DNA of 64,000 nucleotides from Escherichia coli (GTDB lineage Bacteria; Pseudomonadota; Gammaproteobacteria; Enterobacterales; Enterobacteriaceae): NCBI RefSeq assembly GCF_001677475.2, contig NZ_CP015229.1; one strand, 5' to 3'. Shown piece by piece: positions 41,416 to 51,408 of this stretch (position 1 is its first letter; each line of letters starts with the position of its first letter). The notes under the pieces were generated by a model. It saw only the letters and a program-made list of their open reading frames with translations, ran no database searches and was not told where the DNA came from. The position numbers and the translations under genes were made by a program.

Positions 41416-43857
41416 ATGTCACAAGATCCTTTCCAGGAACGCGAAGCTGAAAAATACGCGAATCCCATCCCTAGTCGGGAATTTATCCTCGAACATTTAA
41501 CCAAACGTGAAAAACCGGCCAGCCGTGATGAGCTGGCGGTAGAACTGCACATTGAAGGCGAAGAGCAGCTTGAAGGCCTGCGTCGCCGCCTGCGCGCGAT
41601 GGAGCGCGATGGTCAACTGGTCTTCACTCGTCGTCAGTGCTATGCGCTGCCGGAACGCCTCGACCTGGTGAAAGGTACCGTTATTGGCCACCGTGATGGC
41701 TACGGCTTTCTGCGGGTTGAAGGGCGTAAAGATGATTTGTATCTCTCCAGCGAGCAGATGAAAACCTGCATTCATGGCGATCAGGTGCTGGCGCAGCCGC
41801 TGGGCGCTGACCGTAAAGGTCGTCGTGAAGCGCGTATCGTCCGCGTACTGGTGCCAAAAACCAGCCAGATTGTTGGTCGCTACTTTACCGAAGCGGGCGT
41901 CGGCTTTGTGGTTCCTGACGACAGTCGTTTGAGCTTCGATATCTTAATCCCGCCCGATCAGATCATGGGTGCGCGGATGGGCTTTGTGGTGGTGGTTGAA
42001 CTGACCCAACGCCCGACTCGCCGTACCAAAGCGGTGGGTAAAATCGTCGAAGTGCTGGGCGACAATATGGGCACCGGCATGGCGGTTGATATCGCTCTGC
42101 GTACCCATGAAATTCCGTATATCTGGCCGCAGGCTGTTGAGCAACAGGTTGCCGGGCTGAAAGAAGAAGTGCCGGAAGAAGCAAAAGCGGGCCGTGTCGA
42201 TCTGCGCGATTTACCGCTGGTCACCATTGATGGCGAAGACGCCCGTGACTTTGACGATGCAGTTTACTGCGAGAAAAAACGCGGCGGCGGCTGGCGTTTA
42301 TGGGTCGCGATTGCCGACGTCAGCTACTATGTGCGTCCGCCAACACCGCTGGACAGAGAAGCGCGTAACCGTGGTACGTCGGTGTACTTCCCTTCGCAGG
42401 TTATCCCGATGCTGCCGGAAGTGCTCTCTAACGGTCTGTGTTCGCTCAACCCGCAGGTAGACCGCCTGTGTATGGTGTGCGAGATGACGGTTTCGTCGAA
42501 AGGCCGCCTGACTGGCTACAAATTCTATGAAGCGGTAATGAGCTCTCACGCACGTCTGACCTACACCAAAGTCTGGCATATTCTGCAGGGCGATCAGGAT
42601 CTGCGCGAGCAGTACGCCCCGCTGGTTAAGCATCTCGAAGAGTTGCATAACCTCTATAAAGTGCTGGATAAAGCCCGTGAAGAACGCGGTGGGATCTCAT
42701 TTGAGAGCGAAGAAGCGAAGTTCATTTTCAACGCCGAACGCCGTATTGAACGTATCGAACAGACCCAGCGTAACGACGCACACAAATTAATTGAAGAGTG
42801 CATGATTCTGGCGAATATCTCGGCGGCGCGTTTCGTTGAGAAAGCCAAAGAACCGGCACTGTTCCGTATTCACGATAAGCCGAGCACCGAAGCGATTACC
42901 TCTTTCCGTTCAGTGCTGGCGGAGCTGGGGCTGGAACTGCCGGGCGGTAACAAGCCGGAACCGCGTGACTACGCGGAGCTGCTGGAGTCGGTTGCCGATC
43001 GTCCTGATGCAGAAATGCTGCAAACCATGCTGCTGCGCTCGATGAAACAGGCGATTTACGATCCGGAAAACCGTGGTCACTTCGGTCTGGCATTGCAGTC
43101 CTATGCGCACTTCACTTCGCCGATTCGTCGTTATCCTGACCTGACGCTGCACCGCGCCATTAAGTATCTGCTGGCGAAAGAGCAGGGGCATCAGGGCAAC
43201 ACCACTGAAACCGGCGGCTACCATTATTCGATGGAAGAGATGCTGCAACTGGGTCAGCACTGTTCGATGGCGGAACGTCGTGCCGACGAAGCAACGCGCG
43301 ATGTGGCTGACTGGCTGAAGTGTGACTTTATGCTCGACCAGGTAGGTAACGTCTTTAAAGGCGTAATTTCCAGCGTCACTGGCTTTGGATTCTTTGTCCG
43401 TCTGGACGACTTGTTCATTGATGGTCTGGTCCATGTCTCTTCGCTGGACAATGACTACTATCGCTTTGACCAGGTAGGGCAACGCCTGATGGGTGAATCC
43501 AGCGGCCAGACTTATCGCCTGGGCGATCGCGTGGAAGTTCGCGTCGAAGCGGTTAATATGGACGAGCGCAAAATCGACTTTAGCCTGATCTCCAGCGAAC
43601 GCGCACCGCGCAACGTCGGTAAAACGGCGCGCGAGAAAGCGAAAAAAGGCGATGCAGGCAAAAAAGGCGGCAAGCGTCGTCAGGTCGGTAAAAAGGTAAA
43701 CTTTGAGCCAGACAGTGCCTTCCGCGGCGAGAAAAAACCGAAGCCGAAAGCGGCGAAGAAAGACGCGAGAAAAGCGAAAAAGCCATCGGCTAAAACGCAG
43801 AAAATAGCCGCAGCGACCAAAGCGAAGCGTGCGGCGAAGAAAAAAGTGGCAGAGTGA
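41416..43857 (+). CDS. rnr: Ribonuclease R
   Basis: ORF 41374..43857; start trimmed to [23 protein letters not shown] (813 aa); RNB and S1 domains; Lys-rich C-terminal tail. Confidence 0.93.
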   Translation: MSQDPFQEREAEKYANPIPSREFILEHLTKREKPASRDELAVELHIEGEEQLEGLRRRLRAMERDGQLVFTRRQCYALPERLDLVKGTVIGHRDGYGFLRVEGRKDDLYLSSEQMKTCIHGDQVLAQPLGADRKGRREARIVRVLVPKTSQIVGRYFTEAGVGFVVPDDSRLSFDILIPPDQIMGARMGFVVVVELTQRPTRRTKAVGKIVEVLGDNMGTGMAVDIALRTHEIPYIWPQAVEQQVAGLKEEVPEEAKAGRVDLRDLPLVTIDGEDARDFDDAVYCEKKRGGGWRLWVAIADVSYYVRPPTPLDREARNRGTSVYFPSQVIPMLPEVLSNGLCSLNPQVDRLCMVCEMTVSSKGRLTGYKFYEAVMSSHARLTYTKVWHILQGDQDLREQYAPLVKHLEELHNLYKVLDKAREERGGISFESEEAKFIFNAERRIERIEQTQRNDAHKLIEECMILANISAARFVEKAKEPALFRIHDKPSTEAITSFRSVLAELGLELPGGNKPEPRDYAELLESVADRPDAEMLQTMLLRSMKQAIYDPENRGHFGLALQSYAHFTSPIRRYPDLTLHRAIKYLLAKEQGHQGNTTETGGYHYSMEEMLQLGQHCSMAERRADEATRDVADWLKCDFMLDQVGNVFKGVISSVTGFGFFVRLDDLFIDGLVHVSSLDNDYYRFDQVGQRLMGESSGQTYRLGDRVEVRVEAVNMDERKIDFSLISSERAPRNVGKTAREKAKKGDAGKKGGKRRQVGKKVNFEPDSAFRGEKKPKPKAAKKDARKAKKPSAKTQKIAAATKAKRAAKKKVAE

Positions 43858-43914
43858 TCATAACCCTCTTCAAACAGAAGAGGGGCAGATTGCTGACAAA
43901 ATGCGCTTTGTTCA

Positions 43915-44014
43915 TGCCGGATGCGGCGTGAACGCCTTATCCGGCCTACATAATCACGCAAATTCAATATATTGCAGGAATCATGTAGGCCAGATAAGCG
44001 TAGCGCATCAGGCA
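43915..44014. repeat. BIME: two REP elements in inverted orientation
   Basis: gccggatgcggcgtgaacgccttatccggcctaca (43915-43950) and inverted tgtaggccagataagcgtagcgcatcaggca (43984-44014). Confidence 0.8.
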
Positions 44015-44037
44015 AAACGTAAACAACGAGTACATTA

Positions 44038-44769
44038 ATGAGCGAAATGATTTACGGCATCCACGCAGTGCAGGCCCTGCTGGAGCGCGCCCCTGAACGT
44101 TTTCAGGAAGTCTTTATTTTAAAAGGCCGTGAAGATAAACGTCTGTTACCGCTGATTCACGCCCTTGAGTCCCAGGGCGTGGTTATCCAGCTGGCAAACC
44201 GCCAATATCTCGACGAGAAAAGCGACGGTGCCGTGCATCAGGGCATTATCGCCCGTGTGAAGCCAGGACGGCAGTATCAGGAAAACGATCTGCCGGATCT
44301 GATCGCTTCGCTCGATCAACCGTTCCTGCTGATCCTCGACGGCGTAACCGATCCGCACAACCTTGGTGCGTGCCTGCGTAGCGCGGATGCCGCTGGCGTT
44401 CATGCAGTGATTGTGCCGAAAGATCGCTCCGCTCAACTCAACGCCACGGCGAAAAAAGTGGCCTGTGGTGCGGCAGAAAGCGTTCCGCTGATTCGGGTGA
44501 CTAACCTGGCGCGCACCATGCGTATGTTGCAGGAAGAGAATATCTGGATCGTCGGTACGGCAGGTGAAGCGGATCATACGCTTTATCAGAGCAAAATGAC
44601 CGGACGCCTGGCGCTGGTGATGGGCGCGGAAGGTGAAGGTATGCGTCGCCTGACCCGTGAACATTGCGACGAGTTGATCAGCATCCCAATGGCAGGAAGT
44701 GTTTCTTCGCTGAACGTTTCTGTGGCGACAGGGATTTGCTTATTTGAAGCGGTGCGTCAGCGCAGCTAA
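44038..44769 (+). CDS. rlmB: 23S rRNA (Gm2251) 2'-O-methyltransferase RlmB
   Basis: 243-aa SpoU/TrmH-family ORF. Confidence 0.92.
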
Positions 44770-44789
44770 TTCCTCTGAATTATGAAAAG

Positions 44790-44816
44790 CCATCCAGATT
44801 TGGATGGTTTTTTTTG
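44790..44816 (+). terminator. Rho-independent terminator after rlmB
   Basis: Hairpin ccatcca-gatt-tggatgg followed by T9. Confidence 0.8.
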
Positions 44817-44894
44817 TCTATAGCTGGTAAGATAATTACGTACTGCAAATATTCATTTTATTAATATTTAAACTTAATTTATATGGAATAATAT

Positions 44895-45296
44895 ATGACA
44901 TGGAATCCGTTGGCGCTGGCGACGGCGCTGCAAACTGTACCTGAGCAAAATATTGATGTAACAAATGGCGAGAACGCATTAATTATTAAAATGAATGATT
45001 ATGGCGATTTGCAAATCAATATTCTATTTACTTCCCGCCAAATGATTATCGAAACCTTTATTTGTCCGGTAAGTAGTATCAGCAATCCAGATGAATTTAA
45101 TACCTTCTTATTAAGAAATCAGAAGATGATGCCGTTGTCATCGGTAGGGATCTCCAGCGTGCAACATGAAGAGTATTACATTGTTTTCGGTGCGTTATCG
45201 CTTAAATCTTCTCTTGAAGATATCCTGCTTGAGATAACCTCGCTGGTAGATAACGCATTGGATCTGGCTGAAATTACAGAAGAATATTCACACTAA
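44895..45296 (+). CDS. yjfI: Uncharacterised protein YjfI (DUF2170)
   Basis: 133-aa acidic ORF; AT-rich upstream region. Confidence 0.85.
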   Translation: MTWNPLALATALQTVPEQNIDVTNGENALIIKMNDYGDLQINILFTSRQMIIETFICPVSSISNPDEFNTFLLRNQKMMPLSSVGISSVQHEEYYIVFGALSLKSSLEDILLEITSLVDNALDLAEITEEYSH

Positions 45297-45314
45297 TTAC
45301 AAGGACAGGTATTT

Positions 45315-46013
45315 ATGGGAATTTTAAAAAGTTTATTTACGCTGGGGAAATCGTTTATATCTCAGGCGGAAGAATCCATTGAAGAAACCCAGGGCGTGCG
45401 CATGCTGGAACAGCATATTCGTGACGCTAAAGCTGAACTCGATAAAGCCGGAAAATCTCGCGTTGATCTGCTGGCGCGGGTGAAATTAAGTCACGATAAG
45501 CTGAAAGATTTACGTGAGCGCAAAGCCAGTCTGGAAGCCCGTGCGCTGGAAGCGTTAAGCAAGAACGTTAATCCGTCTTTGATTAACGAAGTTGCTGAAG
45601 AAATCGCGCGCCTTGAGAATCTCATTACCGCTGAAGAGCAAGTGTTGTCGAATCTGGAAGTCTCTCGTGATGGCGTGGAAAAAGCAGTTACAGCGACAGC
45701 GCAGCGTATCGCTCAGTTTGAGCAGCAAATGGAAGTCGTTAAAGCTACTGAAGCCATGCAGCGTGCACAACAGGCTGTAACGACCTCTACCGTTGGCGCA
45801 TCTTCCAGCGTTTCGACAGCGGCAGAATCCTTAAAACGCCTGCAAACGCGTCAGGCCGAACGTCAGGCTCGCCTGGATGCTGCCGCACAGTTGGAAAAAG
45901 TCGCAGACGGTCGCGATCTTGATGAAAAGCTGGCGGAAGCCGGAATTGGCGGTAGCAATAAAAGTAGCGCCCAGGATGTATTAGCAAGACTGCAACGCCA
46001 ACAGGGCGAGTAA
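45315..46013 (+). CDS. yjfJ: PspA/IM30-family protein YjfJ
   Basis: 232-aa ORF, charged helical sequence with PspA-like N-terminus MGILKSLFTLGKSFISQAEESIE. Confidence 0.85.
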   Translation: MGILKSLFTLGKSFISQAEESIEETQGVRMLEQHIRDAKAELDKAGKSRVDLLARVKLSHDKLKDLRERKASLEARALEALSKNVNPSLINEVAEEIARLENLITAEEQVLSNLEVSRDGVEKAVTATAQRIAQFEQQMEVVKATEAMQRAQQAVTTSTVGASSSVSTAAESLKRLQTRQAERQARLDAAAQLEKVADGRDLDEKLAEAGIGGSNKSSAQDVLARLQRQQGE

Positions 46014-46062
46014 TTTTTTGCCAGCCTCGCTAAAAGGCTGGCAACTATTTTAAGGATAAAAT

Positions 46063-46722
46063 ATGTCTGGTTTTTTCCAGCGTCTGTTTGGCAAGGATAA
46101 TAAGCCTGCTATCGCTCGCGGTCCGCTGGGACTTCATCTCAATAGTGGCTTTACGCTCGACACGTTAGCGTTTCGTTTGCTGGAAGATGAATTGCTGATT
46201 GCGCTGCCGGGTGAGGAATTTACGGTAGCCGCTGTTAGCCGCATCGATCTGGGCGGCGGTAGCCAGATTTTCCGCTACTACACTTCGGGCGATGAATTTC
46301 TGCAAATCAATACCACCGGCGGCGAAGATATTGATGACATTGATGATATCAAGCTCTTTGTCTATGAAGAGAGCTACGGTATCAGTAAAGAGAGTCACTG
46401 GCGCGAGGCGATCAACGCCAAAGCGATGGGGGCAATGACCTTAAACTGGCAGGAAAAACGCTGGCAGCGATTTTTTAACAGCGAAGAACCAGGAAATATC
46501 GAACCTATCTACATGCTGGAAAAAGTAGAAAATCAAAACCATGCCAAATGGGAGGTCCATAATTTTACCATGGGCTACCAACGGCAAGTAACCGAAGATA
46601 CTTACGAATATTTGCTGCTAAATGGTGAGGAATCTTTTAACGATCTCGGCGAGCCAGAGTGGTTATTTTCGCGCGCGTTGGGTGTCGATATCCCGCTGAC
46701 ATCACTTCATATTATTGGTTAA
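46063..46722 (+). CDS. yjfK: Uncharacterised protein YjfK (DUF2491)
   Basis: 219-aa soluble ORF. Confidence 0.85.
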   Translation: MSGFFQRLFGKDNKPAIARGPLGLHLNSGFTLDTLAFRLLEDELLIALPGEEFTVAAVSRIDLGGGSQIFRYYTSGDEFLQINTTGGEDIDDIDDIKLFVYEESYGISKESHWREAINAKAMGAMTLNWQEKRWQRFFNSEEPGNIEPIYMLEKVENQNHAKWEVHNFTMGYQRQVTEDTYEYLLLNGEESFNDLGEPEWLFSRALGVDIPLTSLHIIG

Positions 46723-46739
46723 TTACAAGGACGTTTACA

Positions 46740-47138
46740 ATGCATATACTGGATTCACTTCTTGCCTTTAGTGCCTATTTTTTTATTGGCGTGGCTATGG
46801 TGATTATTTTTCTGTTTATCTATTCTAAAATTACACCGCACAACGAATGGCAGTTAATCAAAAACAATAATACCGCGGCGTCACTGGCGTTCAGCGGTAC
46901 ATTGTTGGGTTACGTGATCCCCTTATCCAGTGCGGCAATCAATGCGGTGAGTATTCCAGACTATTTCGCCTGGGGCGGGATCGCACTGGTGATTCAGTTA
47001 CTCGTTTTTGCTGGCGTCAGACTTTATATGCCCGCATTAAGCGAAAAAATTATTAATCACAATACCGCAGCAGGAATGTTTATGGGAACCGCCGCACTGG
47101 CTGGCGGTATTTTTAACGCAGCTTGTATGACATGGTAA
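46740..47138 (+). CDS. yjfL: Inner membrane protein YjfL (DUF350)
   Basis: ORF 46659..47138; start trimmed to MHILDSLLAFSAYFFIGV after aagga RBS (132 aa, about 4 TM). Confidence 0.85.
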   Translation: MHILDSLLAFSAYFFIGVAMVIIFLFIYSKITPHNEWQLIKNNNTAASLAFSGTLLGYVIPLSSAAINAVSIPDYFAWGGIALVIQLLVFAGVRLYMPALSEKIINHNTAAGMFMGTAALAGGIFNAACMTW

Positions 47139-47147
47139 TGGACGATC

Positions 47148-47786
47148 ATGGCCAGAAAACGCAAATCAAGAAATAACAGTAAAATTGGTCACGGAGCGAT
47201 CAGTCGCATTGGAAGACCGCATAATCCTTTTGAGCCGCGCCGCAATCGCTACGCACAAAAATACTTAACGTTGGTGCTAATGGGCGGTGCCGCTTTTTTA
47301 ATAGTCAAAGGATGGAGTGAAAGTAGCGATGTCGATAACGACGGCGACGGAACGTTTTACTCGACAGTGCAGGATTGTATTGATGACGGTAATAATGCAG
47401 ACATTTGTGCGCGTGGCTGGAACAATGCCAAAGCGGCATTTTATGCCGATGTTCCGAAGAATATGACTCAGCAGAATTGTCAGTCTAAGTATGAAAATTG
47501 TTACTACGACAACGTTGAACAGAGTTGGATCCCGGTTGTTTCTGGATTTTTGTTAAGCCGGGTTATTCGTAAAGATCGCGATGAGCAGTTTGTTTATAAC
47601 AGCGGCGGTTCCTCTTTTGCTTCGCGCCCCGTCTGGCGCAACACTTCCGGTGATTACTCCTGGCGCTCCGGTTCTGGCAAAAAAGAGTCCTATTCTTCGG
47701 GCGGCTTTACCACCAAAAAAGCGTCAACCGTTTCTCGCGGCGGCTATGGTCGTTCTTCCAGCGCCCGTGGGCATTGGGGAGGCTAA
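47148..47786 (+). CDS. yjfM: Uncharacterised protein YjfM (DUF1190)
   Basis: 212-aa ORF: basic N-terminus, one hydrophobic segment, Cys-containing middle, G/S/R-rich C-terminal tail. Confidence 0.85.
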   Translation: MARKRKSRNNSKIGHGAISRIGRPHNPFEPRRNRYAQKYLTLVLMGGAAFLIVKGWSESSDVDNDGDGTFYSTVQDCIDDGNNADICARGWNNAKAAFYADVPKNMTQQNCQSKYENCYYDNVEQSWIPVVSGFLLSRVIRKDRDEQFVYNSGGSSFASRPVWRNTSGDYSWRSGSGKKESYSSGGFTTKKASTVSRGGYGRSSSARGHWGG

Positions 47787-47788
47787 TC

Positions 47789-48952
47789 ATGCTGAGACAC
47801 AACGTTCCTGTACGGCGGGATCTGGACCAGATCGCCGCTGACAACGGTTTCGACTTTCATATCATCGACAATGAAATCTATTGGGATGAGAGTCGGGCTT
47901 ACCGCTTTACCCTGCGCCAGATTGAAGAGCAGATCGAAAAACCGACTGCGGAACTGCATCAGATGTGCCTTGAGGTGGTAGATCGCTCGGTTAAAGACGA
48001 AGAGATCCTGACGCAACTGGCGATCCCTCCGTTGTACTGGGATGTGATCGCCGAAAGCTGGCGCGCACGCGATCCTTCGCTGTATGGCCGGATGGATTTT
48101 GCCTGGTGTGGCAATGCGCCGGTGAAGCTGCTGGAGTACAACGCCGATACGCCAACCTCGTTGTATGAATCGGCTTATTTCCAGTGGCTGTGGCTGGAAG
48201 ATGCCCGGCGCAGCGGCATTATTCCGCGTGATGCCGATCAGTACAATGCCATTCAGGAACGCCTGATTTCGCGCTTTAGTGAGCTTTACAGTCGGGACCC
48301 GTTTTATTTTTGCTGCTGTCAGGACACCGATGAAGACAGGAGTACCGTGCTGTACTTGCAGGACTGCGCCCAGCAGGCTGGGCAGGAGTCGCGGTTTATC
48401 TACATTGAAGATCTCGGTTTGGGCGTCGGCGGTGTGCTGACCGATCTTGATGATAATGTCATCCAGCGTGCATTTAAGCTGTATCCGCTGGAGTGGATGA
48501 TGCGTGACGATAACGGTCCGCTGCTGCGCAAGCGCCGCGAGCAATGGGTGGAGCCGTTATGGAAAAGTATCTTGAGCAACAAAGGGTTAATGCCGCTGCT
48601 TTGGCGCTTCTTTCCTGGTCATCCTAACCTTCTTGCATCCTGGTTTGAGGGCGAAAAACCGCAGATTGCCGCTGGCGAAAGCTATGTGCGTAAACCGATC
48701 TACTCACGCGAAGGCGGAAACGTCACCATTTTCGACGGTCAGAATAACGTCGTTGACCACGCTGATGGTGATTACGCCGATGAACCGATGATCTACCAGG
48801 CGTTTCAACCTCTGCCGCGATTTGGCGATAGCTACACACTCATCGGTAGTTGGATTGTCGATGATGAAGCGTGCGGAATGGGGATCCGTGAAGATAACAC
48901 GCTGATCACCAAAGACACCTCACGTTTCGTTCCGCATTACATTGCTGGATAA
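47789..48952 (+). CDS. yjfC: Glutathionylspermidine synthetase-like ATP-grasp ligase YjfC
   Basis: ORF 47774..48952; start trimmed to MLRHNVPVRRDLDQIAADNGF (387 aa); start sits 2 nt after yjfM stop. Confidence 0.85.
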   Translation: MLRHNVPVRRDLDQIAADNGFDFHIIDNEIYWDESRAYRFTLRQIEEQIEKPTAELHQMCLEVVDRSVKDEEILTQLAIPPLYWDVIAESWRARDPSLYGRMDFAWCGNAPVKLLEYNADTPTSLYESAYFQWLWLEDARRSGIIPRDADQYNAIQERLISRFSELYSRDPFYFCCCQDTDEDRSTVLYLQDCAQQAGQESRFIYIEDLGLGVGGVLTDLDDNVIQRAFKLYPLEWMMRDDNGPLLRKRREQWVEPLWKSILSNKGLMPLLWRFFPGHPNLLASWFEGEKPQIAAGESYVRKPIYSREGGNVTIFDGQNNVVDHADGDYADEPMIYQAFQPLPRFGDSYTLIGSWIVDDEACGMGIREDNTLITKDTSRFVPHYIAG

Positions 48953-49035
48953 GAATGTTTTAGCAATCTCTTTCTGTCAGGAATCCATGGCAGTGACCAT
49001 ACTAATGGTGACTGCCATTGATGGAGGGAGACACA

Positions 49036-50661
49036 GTGCACTGGCAAACTCACACCGTTTTTAATCAACCTATACCATTAAATAACAGCAATTTATACCT
49101 GTCTGATGGCGCGCTCTGTGAAGCGGTAACACGTGAAGGTGCTGGCTGGGATAGCGATTTTCTAGCCAGTATTGGTCAGCAGTTAGGAACGGCTGAATCT
49201 CTTGAACTGGGGCGGCTGGCGAATGTGAATCCGCCTGAATTATTGCGCTACGATGCGCAAGGACGCCATCTGGATGATGTGCGTTTTCACCCCGCCTGGC
49301 ACCTGCTGATGCAGGCGCTATGTACCAACCGGGTGCACAATCTTGCCTGGGAAGAAGACGCTCGCTCCGGCGCATTTGTGGCGCGCGCGGCGCGTTTTAT
49401 GTTGCACGCACAGGTTGAGGCAGGGTCGTTATGTCCGATAACGATGACCTTTGCCGCCACGCCATTGCTGTTACAGATGTTACCCGCGCCGTTTCAGGAC
49501 TGGACCACGCCGCTGTTGAGCGATCGCTACGATTCTCACTTATTGCCAGGTGGGCAAAAACGCGGTTTGTTGATTGGCATGGGAATGACGGAAAAGCAGG
49601 GCGGTTCCGATGTCATGAGCAACACCACCCGCGCAGAGCGCCTGGAAGATGGCTCTTATCGGCTGGTGGGGCATAAATGGTTTTTCTCGGTGCCGCAAAG
49701 CGATGCGCATCTGGTGCTGGCGCAGACTACAGGCGGTTTGTCCTGCTTTTTTGTGCCGCGCTTTTTGCCTGACGGGCAACGCAACGCGATTCGCCTCGAG
49801 CGGCTGAAAGATAAGCTGGGGAATCGCTCTAACGCCAGCTGCGAAGTGGAGTTTCAGGATGCCATTGGCTGGTTGTTGGGGCAGGAAGGGGAAGGAATTC
49901 GTCTGATCCTGAAAATGGGTGGGATGACGCGTTTTGATTGCGCCCTGGGTAGCCATGCCATGATGCGCCGTGCATTTTCGCTGGCGATTTATCATGCACA
50001 TCAACGCCATGTTTTTGGTAATCCATTGATCCAACAGCCCCTTATGCGTCATGTCTTAAGTCGCATGGCACTTCAGCTTGAAGGGCAAACGGCGTTGCTG
50101 TTTCGTCTTGCGCGAGCGTGGGACCGGCGTGCCGATGCCAAAGAAGCCCTGTGGGCGCGTTTATTTACGCCTGCGGCGAAATTTGTGATCTGCAAACGAG
50201 GTATGCCGTTTGTGGCCGAAGCGATGGAGGTGCTGGGCGGCATTGGTTATTGCGAGGAGAGCGAGCTGCCGCGGCTTTACCGGGAGATGCCGGTAAACAG
50301 TATTTGGGAAGGTTCCGGTAATATTATGTGCCTGGATGTACTGCGCGTGCTCAATAAGCAAGCGGGTGTATACGACTTATTGTCGGAAGCATTTGTGGAA
50401 GTGAAAGGGCAGGATCGCTATTTTGATCGCGCGGTTCGTCGTTTACAGCAGCAGCTGCGTAAGCCAGCTGAAGAACTGGGGCGAGAGATTACTCATCAGC
50501 TATTCCTGCTGGGCTGCGGTGCGCAAATGTTGAAATATGCCTCTCCGCCAATGGCGCAGGCGTGGTGTCAGGTGATGTTAGATACGCGCGGCGGCGTACG
50601 GTTGTCAGAGCAGATCCAGAATGATTTATTACTGCGGGCGACGGGAGGAGTGTGTGTGTAA
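49036..50661 (+). CDS. aidB: Adaptive-response protein AidB (acyl-CoA dehydrogenase-like)
   Basis: ORF 49018..50661; GTG start at MHWQTHTVFNQPIPLNN (541 aa). Confidence 0.9.
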   Translation: MHWQTHTVFNQPIPLNNSNLYLSDGALCEAVTREGAGWDSDFLASIGQQLGTAESLELGRLANVNPPELLRYDAQGRHLDDVRFHPAWHLLMQALCTNRVHNLAWEEDARSGAFVARAARFMLHAQVEAGSLCPITMTFAATPLLLQMLPAPFQDWTTPLLSDRYDSHLLPGGQKRGLLIGMGMTEKQGGSDVMSNTTRAERLEDGSYRLVGHKWFFSVPQSDAHLVLAQTTGGLSCFFVPRFLPDGQRNAIRLERLKDKLGNRSNASCEVEFQDAIGWLLGQEGEGIRLILKMGGMTRFDCALGSHAMMRRAFSLAIYHAHQRHVFGNPLIQQPLMRHVLSRMALQLEGQTALLFRLARAWDRRADAKEALWARLFTPAAKFVICKRGMPFVAEAMEVLGGIGYCEESELPRLYREMPVNSIWEGSGNIMCLDVLRVLNKQAGVYDLLSEAFVEVKGQDRYFDRAVRRLQQQLRKPAEELGREITHQLFLLGCGAQMLKYASPPMAQAWCQVMLDTRGGVRLSEQIQNDLLLRATGGVCV

Positions 50662-50717
50662 GCGTATACGACTGATGCGACGCTGGTTTCGATTAACTCA
50701 ATGAAATATGTGAAAAT

Positions 50718-50753
50718 TGTAGGCCGGATAAGGCGCTTGCGCCGCATCCGGCA
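50718..50753. repeat. REP element
   Basis: tgtaggccggataaggcgcttgcgccgcatccggca. Confidence 0.8.
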
Positions 50754-50777
50754 TTGTTCATTTGCTGTAGATGACAC

Positions 50778-51053
50778 TCACGCATACAGTATCGCCTGCA
50801 CGCGCCAGTTATCAGGCTGCTGGTCTTCGTACATGGTAATAATGCGGTACCATGACGCACCTTGTTCTTCGGCCTTTAACGCCACGATACGTTCCACGTC
50901 CTGCGGATCCCCTGAAATATTGCTAACTGAGATCTGACCTATTTCATTCAGGCCCGTCACGCAGTCAGCACTGGCGAATTCTGCAGACTGTGCCGTGGCG
51001 CTCGCAGGATAAGTCACTAATTGCAGCGAGGGTGAGGCAAGTAATTGTTTCAT
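50778..51053 (-). CDS. yjfN: DUF1471 (YdgH/BhsA/McbA family) periplasmic protein YjfN
   Basis: ORF 50778..51080; start trimmed to MKQLLASPSLQL (91 aa); family motif GASWYRIITMYED. Confidence 0.85.
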   Translation of the reverse strand: MKQLLASPSLQLVTYPASATAQSAEFASADCVTGLNEIGQISVSNISGDPQDVERIVALKAEEQGASWYRIITMYEDQQPDNWRVQAILYA

Positions 51054-51212
51054 CGTCAGCTCCATTTTTCGTTTCCCCACATGTTGCAGGGCATTCCATC
51101 GCGGTAATAAACGCCCGAGCTTCCAGCCGGTAATTTATTGTGCACAGGTAAACGCATAGGGACGCAAAGCAATGTAAAGCTGACTATGTAAGTTGTCTGA
51201 TTTATTTACGGT

Positions 51213-51408
51213 ATATACTCGTCATACTTCAAGTTGCATGTGCTGCGCCTGCGTTCACTCACCCCAGTCACTTACTTATGTAAGCTCCTGGGGATTCACT
51301 CGCTTGTCGCGTTACTCGGCCTGAGGCCTCGCCCTTTCAGGGCCAACGCAAGCGTTGTTCAAAACGCCCCTGCCGTTTTGTCCTGCAACTCGAATTATTT
51401 AGAGTATA
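51213..51408. repeat. ERIC (IRU) enterobacterial repetitive intergenic consensus element
   Basis: Core cactcaccccagtcacttacttatgtaagctcctggggattcac matches ERIC1R/ERIC2 primer sequences; inverted ends tatactc...caagttgca / tgcaactcg...agagtata. Confidence 0.85.
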
